64,000 bases of DNA, from NCBI GenBank assembly GCA_000708835.1, contig DF236975.1, positions 62,001-126,000 on the forward strand. Reading direction: 5' to 3'. The notes beneath the pieces were generated by a model. It did no database searches. It saw only the letters and a program-made list of their open reading frames with translations, and had not been told where the DNA came from. This document shows, one piece after another, positions 50,640-62,865 of the stretch (position 1 is the stretch's first letter; each line of letters opens with the position of its first letter). The translations under genes were made by a program, and so were the position numbers. The stretch is from Klebsormidium nitens. Taxonomy: Eukaryota; Plantae; Klebsormidiophyceae.

Positions 50640-51600
50640 GTGCGCGGCATCAAGTGCCGAGTCTGCATGGATAGGTCGATCAAGGTCGCTCACTGCCAAC
50701 ATTTTTGGCACATCTTGTTCCTTGCCAATTATCATGCAGTGTTCAGATCTCATCACGAGCCGCCATGATTGTGATCATCTGAGCCGCTAAAGCGTACCCT
50801 CAAGTATGCATGATCGCAACAGGCCCTGACTGGCTGAAGTGCAGCTTTGCATGATGCGGCCAGCAGCCATTAAGGAGAGTTGAACACTACGATCCGGGCA
50901 TAGAGCTGCCCGAGACAATTGTGAATGAACGTGAATGAAAGAGTTCATTCAGAATTAAATGTCAGATCGATTATCAATGCCGCGCGATCGTATACACCGT
51001 GTGACTACCAACTGATTTGCTACTTTGTGGTACGCGACGTACCTATAGTGCCATGCTCAATGCACTAGGACGGCCGGGCCGGCCTGCTATAGTCGGATCG
51101 ACTATATAGCCCATGCTGCATGCCATGTTCGTTGGCGACCGGGCTATAGCTCCGGCAATTATTGAAGCTTATATCCGACCGTATGCATGATAAAGCCATG
51201 GGCTTGAGCTACCTATGTGCCGGCCTCATGCATGTCCTAGCATGATGTCAGTGTCAGATCGCACGAAATGGCCGCAAGAGTCTGATCATTCCATGCCCCA
51301 TGGCCCCCGATGTATTATCGTTCCATGCTACCTTAGTATAGGATATCAACGTCCCGAGTGTGAGCGGCCTGGCTGGCGCGGCACAATCCATGCAGAGTTT
51401 CACGCTCTCAATGTCGGCCACGGTCCAACGACAATCGTTGCCCTTGTGTGCAACATTCTCCACAATCACCTGCGGCTTATGTTAGACGTCCACCCCTTGA
51501 GCCGCTGTGGAAATGTCCATCTCAATCCAATGATAATCACGTATGTGCAAAATCTGTCAGGTGTAACAGTGAATTGTTGGTTATGCGACCTTCTCTCAAA
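50640..51600. repeat. CATG/CTATAG-rich degenerate interspersed repeat between convergent 3' ends
   Basis: Shares short blocks with 2739-2762 (inverted) and 37178-37199. The ORFs here lack homology signals. Confidence 0.4.
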
Positions 51601-51612
51601 TCTAGAAGGATT

Positions 51613-53304
51613 TTACATTGCAGCAAATTGTTGCATGCCCCCTTGGCCGAACATCATAGCAAGGTCCATACCTTGTTCCATAGCGGGAATCGCTACACTG
51701 TACGGACACTCTGCGGAAAAGCCCTTCTTTCCTGTGGCTCTCACTCGAGCCATGCATTTCTTGAAGGCTTTATGGCATGGGTTGTGTAGAAGCCCTGGCA
51801 ACAGGTGTAATGACATCAAAGTTAGATAGGCAATCTATCAGAGTCGTCACTGTGCTGACATCATGCTGTATCACGAAGCTGAACACTCTCGCTCGTTCTC
51901 GCCGACCATAATCCTTTTATTCACGAGAATCACCAGATCTAATGCCCCTCAATGCCTGGTCTTCCCACGACGATCACAGTTCCGACAGTGAGCCTGAGGA
52001 GAAGCGTCCTGGCATGTAGAGCGACCAAGCAGACCGTTATGAGGAAGTTCTGGCTTACCGTGCTTCACACAGCACTCATCGTGCTTTTTGCAACACGCGT
52101 CCAACGGATCACATGGTTCCTCTCCTGGGCACCCGGTCCAGCCTACCCCGCAGTACTTGCCGTATCGAAGACCCATCGCTGCAGCACTTGGCACAAAAAG
52201 TACAAGCTCTTGAGTACAAATTACAGTTATTAACTCCGCAGAACATGAAGAGTGCAAGATGATATGCGGGGCGGAGAAAAGATGCAGCCTTGTTTGTTAG
52301 CAAGGTAGGAAGATCCTCACAGAAGTTGATCAAGAGAGCACAGGGAGGGGGATTTACTTACTATTGCAGTCCTTTGCAACGCACACTTTGCTGCAATCTG
52401 GGCCATGATCACCCTGCAAGACAAGAAAGTGGCTTCTTAGATTGTATTGAGGTACAAACAATAGCGAATATGGTGTTGTTTGCCAAACGCTCCTGGGAGT
52501 GCGTTCACTTGAGCGTTTCAGATCTCACGGCTAGAGTCGGGGCAGAAGGACCATTGTTACATAGTTACTACTGCAGATAGAAAGTTCTGCCCTGTCAAAG
52601 TTTCTGAGGTAAGGCATGGAGGCAAACCAGTGGCTAATATAGAAATTCCAGGAGAGAAAGTTGAGCGACCGTCCCACTTCTCTTTTCCAATGTGGCTTCT
52701 ATGAAATGTGGCAGCTTCAAGGAATATGAATCACCTACGGCTCTGTTGCTGACATCCACCAGCACAAAATAAAGCTGCTCAGAGCATCATTCGAGTTGAA
52801 TATTCCATGAAGCAATGCAAAAGAGTTGCTGAAGAGGGGGGCACCCATTTGATAGCACAATACGAAAGTCTTTTCCCAAGCATGGGACCGACTTAAGCTC
52901 AATGGGCGCTTAAGCATGGGAAAGCGAATTGTGATTGAGCGACTTTCCAAGTACAAGGTCCTCCTAAAGAATCCAAAAGTAGAAAAGGGCTAACTGAGTA
53001 GGCAGCAATCTACAAACAGGGCGCACTTGAGTTCAGCCAGTTGGTTATATCAAGATTTTGGCCAGCATAAGAAGAGAATGTTTTAAGACATTGATTTTAA
53101 CTTGTTGCCCCAGCTCAATTAAAGAAGCGCGCCTCAAATAACAGCTTACACGTGAGTACTCACGGTTCCCAAGCCGCCGCTATCTACAGGCTGCCTCCGT
53201 GGCTTTTTGTCAGAGGTCCCAACCGCCCCATCGACGCCTCTTCCGCAGCATATGCCAGCAACAAGAAGGCAGCAAACCAAGGTCGTCTGCGAAAAGGTGC
53301 CCAT
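51613..53304 (-). CDS. Secreted phospholipase A2, plant type (group XI); exons 53304..53164, 52413..52362, 52178..52059, 51794..51613
   Basis: Signal peptide MGTFSQTTLVCCLLVAGICCG; CSKVCVAKDCN|TMGLRYGKYCGVGWTGC (Ca2+ loop); DPLDACCKKHDEC (catalytic His-Asp); CHKAFKKC...CPY. Splice phases are consistent. Confidence 0.9.
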
Positions 53305-53917
53305 TTTAGGTGTGTGTGTGCACTTTCCAACTTATAACCTCTGAGGAGCTGAGGTCGACAAAAGAACACCTGAAGCCCACCCTACTGAGCCACCTGTTGC
53401 CTGCCTGAACAGCTCCCTCCCTCCCTTCCAGCTCGGCCAGCTGCCACTGCCAGTACTGCTACTACCTACTACTACTAGCTTAGCCAACTTTTCTAGATTT
53501 GGAGACTTTCCAATTCAATTTGGACCAATTCAGATCAGACCTCAAAAGCAGGAAGAAAATTTGCCTCTCTCCATTATAGTAACATGCTTCAGCCTTCCTC
53601 TGATACAAGATGCAGAGGCCAGGTTGGTTTGCCCCTGCTTTGAGAAAGCGGCATTTGGTGCTGAAGATTCGTATGGAATTTCGGAATTCTGTCGAAACAA
53701 TTCATGGAGACTTTTGAGCAATCTCGAACCTCTTGTCATTTGCAAGGAGGGGCAAGGCGGCTGCACGGGAGCTTGGACATTCTTACGTCCCTCTGCTCGC
53801 GAAGGTGGTTATGTCGTTCCGTGGGCTGACCACCGCTGTTTATAAGGTTGCGTTTGTTTTGCGCATCACTCTGCGCTGAGGGTTTGATCAGAAATCTCTC
53901 TCCAACAATCCGCAGCA

Positions 53918-56900
53918 ATGAAGTAAGTTACGCCGCACCCTCTTTATTCTTTCACTTTTACCACTCGTACAATGCTGGATGCCAAACGAAGGCTGGAGCT
54001 GATAGAGCTGAGAACATTCCAATCCACACTTCGCTTGCTGACATATCAGCTTGGTTTCTGCTGTACCACCATATGCGCATCGTCGTCCCTCAAGTCCCTA
54101 TAATACTCTCTCCAAGAGGATCTGACAGGCCGGGTTGTTAGAACTTTGCGGTCTGAGGAGATTGCTGCGCGCACCTGGCCTTGTCAGAACGTACTACTGC
54201 ATCAAACATCAAAACTTTTCAAAACCCAATGATAAACAGACTGAATTGCAGATTAAGAAGGCACTTCAAACTGAGTTTCACAGTCCACTTGAAACGAAGT
54301 CTTCTGCTTGGAAGGGTGGTGCAAACAAATATCTCTGACTTGTATGATTTTCTCAGCCAGCACCTCAATAAGAAGCACGACCTTCGACAACTTGGGGCCA
54401 CTTTGGTTCTTGTCTGAATGATAGAAGCTACAACACCTCAGAGATTTGAATGGAGACTGAATCCCAGGGGTTTGTACAATCTGGAGGAGAAGTCGAGCTC
54501 CTCGTTGACGAGTGGCTGAAAGCAAGGCACGATGCTGTGAATTGAGCATCACCATTCTATGAAGAAGCTAAGACCATCTTCTACCCATGATGTCCAGGTT
54601 CAACCTGGAAGGGCTCACGGTGTACTTTCCCTATGAGTACCTGTACCCAGAGCAGTACAGCTACATGCTTGAAGTCAAGCGAGCCCTTGATGCTAAGGTG
54701 GGGCATGCGTTTTTAAAGTCTTCTACAACCAATGAGATTTACAGGTTCCCTGCTTGGAAAGTTGCTGTGCTAATGAAGTGAAAGACAATGAACGCGTCGA
54801 TCAACTTCTCTGAGAAGGCAGACTGCAACCCACCCCGTTGTATGGGCCAGCACATGGCAAGACTTTCAGAAGGCGCCGATACTTCATCGCGTGGGGCCTG
54901 CAGAGTCTGAGAGACCCCAGTCGTACAGCCACATTTCTCTAGCACCTCGGTGTGAGGTCTTGATGTATCGGGGCACAAGAAAGCCCATCACAGTTCCTTC
55001 CATATGCTCCCATGCGGTCAGCACACCCTAGTCCATTTGTCTGAACCGCCTGGCTTTTGATGCATTCAATTTTCGGGAAAAAGAAACGGAAATGAGGATG
55101 TTATAGAGGTCAAAACTGGAGCGTAATTGTCGTACAGGGCCATGGGCTTTTGGAGATGCCCACGGGGACTGGAAAGACCATCACGCTGCTGTCATTGATC
55201 ACGTCATACCAGCTGGCACACCCCGACATGGGCAAGCTCATTTACTGCACGCGTACAGTCCATGAAATGGAGAAGGTGAGGGAGGCCGCTCACTTTAGGC
55301 CGCTTACAGCAGGGTTAGGAACGCAGTTTGCCAGGAATCGGTTTTTCAAAGAAGCTGGCGTGGTGGTCGAGAGGGCCTCGATGTAAAGTGTCCAAAACTG
55401 TCTTTTCCTGTTTGTTTCCAGATCCAACCAACGAATCTATTCACTCTCCTTGCAGTTCTTAAAGAAGTTGATTACTCAACCACCTCCATCCTCCAAGGCA
55501 TGGCTAACAAATGAGTGATTTTTTGAAGTTAACCGCCAACTAACTTGTTGTCGCTATTGAATCTCCGACTCTACTCATGCACCTTCATCGTACTATTCTT
55601 CCAGGTTCTCGAAGAACTACGCAAGCTGCAGGCCTACCAAGAAAAGGAACTGGGAAAGCAGGCCCAAATCCTGGCCCTCGGCCTCAGCTCCCGCAAAAAC
55701 CTGTGCATCCACCCCACGATTTCCGGCGAAGGCTCCCGCGAAAACGTCGACGCCGGGTGCCGAAAACTGACGGCCACGTGGGTCCGGTCTGCTGCGGCAG
55801 AAAACCCGGATATCGAGCTGTGCGACTTTTTCGAGGGGTATGAGAAGAAGGGAGCGGATGCGCTGCTGCCGGCGGGGGTCTACACGCTGCACGACATGAA
55901 GGTGGCGATCTCAGAAGATCTGATGACTTGAGGACTCCCAAGTTCAAAGACGGAATGTTTCGTTTGCTTAGGAGGAAGGAGGGGCCCATAAATTGAGTCC
56001 GAGCTGAGAGACGGCTCGTTTTACATGCTCGGTGCCCTTCCACGTATCTGATATTTTAGGAACGCATCTGTTTCCAGGATACAGCAGGTCAACAGAAAAC
56101 CCATGTCTTCATTGACCTCTGGTGGACATGAGCATCGAGCCGAGCTTTTCAAATCTCAGCCCAGATGCAGACGAGCGCTTCAAGATTCAATTATACATCA
56201 TTCCATTCAAGCCCACTAGTCGACAACGATATTAAAGTTTCTCGAACCCGCAGCCCAAACGGCGTGTACCAATTCACAAGCCACCTTCCGGCTTTCGAAC
56301 TCACAAACGTCCACCGTACAGGTGTTCGGTCGGCAAAAGGGCTGGTGCCCCTACTTTCTGGCGCGCCACATGATCACCTTCGCGAACGTGGTCATCTATA
56401 ACTACCAGTACATGCTGGACCCCAAAGTGGCCGGGGTGATCTCCCGGGAGCTGGAAAAGGAGTGCGTCGTCGTTTTCGACGAGGCGCATAATATTGATAA
56501 CGTGTGCATCGAGGCGCTGAGCGTGAACCTGCGGCAGCAGACGCTGGACGGCGCGCAGCGGAACCTGACGAAATTGGGGCAGGTTGTCGAAAAGTGAGCA
56601 GTTTATAGAGTTCGTTCTCGCTCAATTGTCATGTTAAAGAGTACTGCTTAGTCTGGTTTCTGGTCAGGAGGCGGAACCTCACAAGTATCGGCCAAGTCGT
56701 CCAAAAGTGGGCCTTCGTAAGAGCTTTTCTGCTTCTTGGGCACTCTCCGAGGATAGATTGTTTGTAGCCGAGGGCTTCGGTTAAACCAGGGACCTAAAGA
56801 CATCAGATAGGTCGTCTCCGAGTGACCGGTTGCAGATCCCACTTTTTCTCGATATCGACTCTAGTTGAGAGGCAGACTCTATCGGAAACTGGAGAACAAA

Positions 56901-59900
56901 GTGAGGGGATATAACTGCTCGTTCATCACCATTCGGAATTCTGGAGTATATCCGTAAGCGGGGCCGATTAACAGTGCGCAACCGAACTTGACCAAGCTAT
57001 GGGGACGGGTCAGAAGAGAGAGCGCGCTCACATCAGAACTTTTGTCTTTGTCGAGCACGCTGTGGAAGAATTCCCCTTGCGGGCTCGATCAGGGGCATGT
57101 GGCTGTTGTGACGAGACGAGCATCCAATGTCAAATGCATTTGCTGGCCAAATGCAGTGGGCTTTGGATTAGATTGCTGTACCTGGAGGAGATTGTGCCCG
57201 CTACCGTGAACCTTCCATCAGATAACCATAACTGTAAGCAAATTCTATCGATACTCCCCCCGACTCAAAGACGGCGAGTCAGTCGTTAAAGCGGTGCTAA
57301 CCGCCTGGTTTGGTTGCTTTAGATCCGTTTCGTTTGGACCTGAGTTTGTTAAGCTCCATTAATAGAATAATAAGAAACGAAGAAGACTTCAAAATCGATA
57401 CCGTGCAGTTCCAAGGCCAGCGACGCGGATCGCCTGCGCGCCGAGTTTAACCGGTTGGTGGAAGGCTCGCCCAGTGAGGCGCCCTCCTCAAACTGATCTA
57501 ATGCTGGCCAACCCGGTTCATTTCCTCGTTACTGTAAGCGCACCTCTCAAAACCCTAAAAGTTGCTGAATCATCCCGTGCAGGTTCAAGGCCACCGACGC
57601 GGATCGGCTGCGAGCGGAGTACAACCGGTTGGTGGAGGGGCTGGCCCAGCGGGGCACCCTTCCGCAGAACGACCAGATGCTGGCCAACCCGGCGCTCCCG
57701 GACGACATTTTGCGGGAAGCGGTCCCCGGGAACATTCGCCGGGCGGAGCACTTCCTGGCGTTCCTCAAGCGGTTCGTGCAGTACCTCAAGCGGAGGATGG
57801 GCGCGCAACAGGTTGGGATTGTTTCGCTTTTGACACGATTTCCTGACGTTCGTACCCTGCTGTAAGTTACTGTGCTTCTTGGTTCATTGAGGCCTTTATG
57901 ATTGAGTTGGCAGGTAGTCGCGTATTGGCTGGGTGGCCGAGTCGCTTCTGTTTGAGTGACGAGAGGCAGCGACGGATCCGCGGCACTTGATCGTCGTTTA
58001 ACATTGTCATTTGAGTGATGTACAAAATCCAGACAAGCTTTGCTTTAGGGTTGTGCCGCTTTGTTCATCGCTTAGCAGGTGCGTACGTTTTCTTGCCGTG
58101 TACTCAAAAGGCGCGTTTTTGGTGGCTCGAGGACTCAAATAAGGCGTCCGGTCCTTCAAACGAAACGATATTAAGAATTCAGATATTCTTAATTAACTTC
58201 TGAATATCTCCGCTGCTTTTCCTGGCAGGTGGAGAGCGAGGGCCCCCTGTCTTTCCTGGACGACCTGAATAACAGCGCGGGCATCGACGCCAAGACGCTC
58301 AAGTTCTGCTACGACCGACTGCACAGCCTCATGCTCACGCTCGAGATCACTGACACAGAGGAATTCCACCACCTCACCGTGAGTCCTTGTTGTTTGGGAG
58401 TTTGGGCTTCACGTTTTTCTCATTTGATGGATTCCATCCGTACATTCTTCGAGCACCTTTCGTGCAATCGTTTCATGCTCACGCTTGAAGTTATCGACAT
58501 CGAGGATCCCACCATCTCTCTTTGAGTCTTTGCGTTCTGGGCTCTTCGACTTGTGTATGTTTGCACCTGTTAAAATTCGCTGTTTAATCCTCGCATATGG
58601 TGCTTCCGAGCACGTCCCTTGCGACGCTTTTACTGGCTGGTAACGGGGTTCACCGCACCCTAAGACCAGGTGTTGCCAACAGAAGGAGCAGTCGCTCACG
58701 CTAGCAACGTACGAGGCATGCGGCTTCATTTATGAATGAAGGGTCCGATTCCAACATTTCGCCGCTGCGAAGGATAGTGCTTGACTCCAAATCTGATTCC
58801 CTCCTGTCAGGCGATGCCTGAACAAGCTGAAACCCGGTTTCACAGCAAAGCTTGACGTAGACCTCGACAAAAAACATTGTCAATGTGGACACTGAGTATT
58901 TTTAAATGCAGTTAGTATGCGAAATCGGGACGTTGGTGGGCACCTACTTCGCGATCATCATCGAGCCGTTCAACTTGCAGAGCTTGTCATTCTTTCCGAC
59001 ACCTTCAAACGTGTTCGCTTCTTCTCCTGCAGCTAGTATGCGACTTCGGTACGTTGGTGGGCACCTACACGCAGGGCTTCGCGATCATCATCGAGCCGTT
59101 CGACGAGCGCATGCCGCACATCTCGGACCCCGTGATGCAGCTAAGCTGCCTTGACTCCTCGCTCGCCATCAAGCCCGTCTTCGAGCGCTTCCAATCGGTG
59201 AGCGACACGTGGCACGCGTTCATTAGCTTAGCTTTTGCAATTACATGGTGGGCAGCTTTGATTGAAGTCGACCGCTGGTGGTGGCGGCGCAGTCTACCTC
59301 TCTCGTTTGAACACTAGACTTTGTTGGCACTGGGATGTTTCGGCGACTTGCCCTAGCCGCCTCTCTATCGGTTGTCTAGCTGATCAGAGTCTGAGCCGAG
59401 GGGGACCATCGCACTCCTGTGTAACTGCTCGTACGGCGTCGTAAAGCAAGATGTGCATAAAAGTTGTCACCACCTTTTTAATCTTCTCTTCGACCAATTA
59501 GTAACGAGGGTTGATGATCGATTCCCGCCGTCCGCAGGTCATCATCACGTCCGGCACGCTGAGCCCCATTGAGCTGTACCCGCGCCTGCTCAACTTCAAC
59601 CCGGTCACCATCCAGTCCTTCGCCATGAGTCTTACGCGAGACTGCCTCTGCCCAATGGTCCTCTCCCGGGGCAGGTCCGTAGAACAACTTTTTGCTCTTC
59701 ATTCTCCGCAATGTGGCAGAACCCGTTCACGCAACATTTCTGATGGTGACGATGTTTCCTCTCTAATGAACCCGTATAAGCAAAGTCGCCCCATGGGTTC
59801 GGAGACGGATTGCTGATCGCTGCGCTTTCTTTGATAGCATCAGCTTCGACGCTTGCGGCAAGTCAGGCGCGTTCTCAATCCTCTAAATTGACACACCTAC

Positions 59901-62865
59901 TAAAAGACGATAGCGCTCTTTCCTTGAAAAAAATCGTTTTGTCAGTACGCAGCGAGCAGCTCTCTGTACGCAAGAATGCAATATGCGCAGGGATCCCGAC
60001 CTGCACAGCTGGTGGACCCTGATTCAAGAATCTTGCTCTTTTGTTCATACAAGCCTCTTAGCCAGTCCGTCCTGTGGTGACAACCCTTTTTCTGTGTCAA
60101 TTTTGCAGCGACCAGCTCCCGGTGAGCACCAAGTTCGACATGCGCAGCGACCCGGGGGTCGTGCGCAACTACGGGCGGCTACTGGTCGAGATGGCGCAGG
60201 CGGTCCCCGACGGCATCGTCTGCTTCTTCGTTTCGTACTCCTACATGGACGCCATCATTAACAGCTGGAACGAAATGGGCATCCTTAAAGTGAGTTCCGG
60301 TCAACTCCTTCGCTTCAAGGGCGGACGTTCTTTCAAATGGAGAGGCGGAGATGCCGGTGTGCGTTACAAGCACCTGGAACCAACAGCGGGATTCGTTTAG
60401 TTCAACAAAAGCTTTAAAACTTCGCGCTCGCCTGATGAACAGCAAGCGAAAGCTGCATGAACGGCTATATACGGCTGATAAAATCCTCGAAAAACGCAAA
60501 ACGTACGTCGCACATTTGATGTCATCCTAGAGAGTTTGGCTCAGAACGCTTCTCCGCTCACTGAAAATCATGCAACACAAGCTAGCGATTATGTTGAATC
60601 AAATCCAGGACGCGGTCGAGAGGATGCTCGCGGATAAGACGTTGGCAACTGACGAAGTATAATGATGGAAGTCGCGTATTTCGTGTGACATATAGCTCAT
60701 AACGCCCTCGATTCTCCTCCCACCATAGGAGATCATGCAACACAAGCTAGTGTTCATCGAGACCCAGAACGTGTTGACACGACTCTCGCGGACAAGACAT
60801 CGGCAATGGACGAATCTATTAAGTGAAGGCGCATATTCCGTTTCACATATAGCTCATAATGCTTTCACTTTTTCTCCGACTACAGGAGATCATGCAACAC
60901 AAGCTGGTGTTCATTGAGACCCAGGACGTGGTCGAGACCACGCTCGCGCTGGACAACTACCGGCGCGCGTGTGACTGCGGCCGGGGCGCCGTCTTCTTCA
61001 GCGTCGCCCGGGGGAAGGTCGCCGAGGGGATTGACTTCGACCGGCACTACGGGCGGCTGGTCATCATGTACGGCGTGCCGTTCCAGTACACTCTATCGAG
61101 GTGAACTCCCATTTTTCGTGAGTGGAAGTTGGGTCTCGCTATATGTCACGGCTGGTCATCATATATGGCGTTTCGTTCCGAGGTAAGCCCCCAGTGACCC
61201 CTGTTTCCTGTATAGTTGCTTGTTCGTCCGACGGAAGCCCCCCTTTTAAGCTGCAGAAATACTCAAAAGCAACCGGTCCGGTATGGTACCGTCCGTGCTC
61301 GACCACTTCACAGGCACGTGCCGGTAATTGTAGCAGGGTTAGAGGGACGTTGTCCAAACCGACGTTGGATCCGCAGTTCTGGTCGACGGAGAACATGTCG
61401 GAAGGCGCCGCTTGTTCACAGGCTGTCTTGTGCCCTTGCTGCTATGGAGCCACGGTTCTTCAAGGTTCTACAGTCTGCGAAGTTTGGCCAGCTCTTATGA
61501 ACCATTGCGCAGTGTCGCTGCACCTCCCTTTTGCTTTCCTCCCGCTTGTATCCTGCATTTGCCCGTCAGAGTGAAGGTGCTTCCCAAACTTCATCTTACC
61601 TACAAACAAACGAAGGAAAAATGGAGTTCGTGTCCCCGATTCACAGCCCCTTCTTCATCTCACTTACAGCCTCAAAACGGTCTAACATCGTCTTCCTTCC
61701 ACGCAGGATCCTGCGCGCGCGCCTCGAGTACCTGCGCGACACGTTCCAGATCAAAGAAAACGACTTCCTGACGTTCGACGCGATCCGGCAGGCGGCCCAG
61801 TGCGTCGGGCGCGTTATTCGGTCCAAGTCGGACTACGGCATGATGATCTTCGCAGACAAGCGGTACCAACGGCACGACAAGCGGTCCAAACTGCCCAACT
61901 GGATTCTGTCGCAGCTCAAGGACAGCCACATGAACCTCAGCACCGACATGGCGCTACACATCGCACGCGAGGTGAGTGACACCTTGACGTGTTTCCTTTT
62001 TGGGTATAAGCGTTTTGCTCAACTGGCCTCATTCTAAGATCCTCATTCGGAGTAGCAGGTTCATCATGAACCTGAGCACCGACATGGCACTCCGCATTCC
62101 GCGTGTGGGTGGTTGAGGATTTCTAGAGATCTCGTGTTAGAGATTACGAGGTGTCCAATGCTGTTATGGTTACATGATTTCACGTCAGCTGAGCTTCTCT
62201 CGTAAGTAAGAAATTCTCAAACGAACTTGAGCGCCGACTTGGCGCTTCATATCGCGCTCGGGGCAGGCGATAGGCGGGGTTTTAGTGTTTCCCAATTCAA
62301 AGGTTTTCACTGAAATTGCCTCGGGTTCCACTGAAATTGCCTCGTGTAACGAAGTCTTTTACGCGTGAACCTGAGCACAGACCCGGCACTCCGTGTCAAG
62401 GTGGGCGGTGATTCGGGCTTCGAAAGCTTCGGATCGAAGGGGACTTTGCTTGTCTAACCCAACAGTTGCCGGTGATTTGATTTGAGTTTAGGTCCTGGTA
62501 AACCAAACAAATTCATGTGAGTCTGAACAGAGACATGCGCTCCATACCGGACACGCGGCGAGCATTGTCAAAGGTTTAGGGCCTCGTCTCCAACGGTCGT
62601 CCACCTGCTTATTGTAGCTATGCAAACTCAAGTGTTGAAATGGTCATACCTAATTACTAACAAGAAGCACAGAGAGGGATCAAATTCGCAGTATGTACGC
62701 AAAGTACTCCACTTCACGGTCGGTCAGCCCCAAGTGAAACCGTGTTCTTCTGCCGTGCAGTACTTACGCAGAATGGCTCAGCCTTTCGACTCCCTGAGTG
62801 TGGATACCGGGACACTTCTCAACGAGGCCGCCCTCCAACGGCCGCAGCCGATGGAGGTTGGATGA
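53918..62865 (+). CDS. XPD: TFIIH helicase XPD (ERCC2/UVH6/RAD3); exons 53918..53922, 54598..54697, 55138..55275, 55605..55901, 56322..56593, 57583..57811, 58229..58378, 59033..59197, 59538..59674, 60109..60289, 60886..61100, 61707..61971, 62761..62865
   Basis: MK|[20 protein letters not shown]; Walker [10 protein letters not shown]; Fe-S cysteines ([27 protein letters not shown]); DEAH box [10 protein letters not shown]; IITSGTLSP; [13 protein letters not shown]; [14 protein letters not shown]. All exons have GT-AG boundaries. Confidence 0.97.
57401..62702 (+). repeat. Intronic degenerate duplicates of XPD exon-junction segments (57401-57512, 58473-58518, 58907-58973, 59949-60000, 60564-60630, 60726-60800, 61147-61187, 62065-62112, 62221-62268, 62365-62408, 62517-62562, about 62685-62702)
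   Basis: Each block aligns by eye to the start or end of the neighbouring XPD exon, for example CCGTGCAGTTCCAAGGCCAGCGACGCGGATCG vs CCGTGCAGGTTCAAGGCCACCGACGCGGATCG. Confidence 0.85.

Noticed and set aside
60564-62562. CRISPR-like repeat-spacer interpretation of the periodic intronic motifs
   Set aside because: The context is eukaryotic, the repeats are degenerate copies of XPD coding sequence, the spacers are far too long and there are no cas genes.
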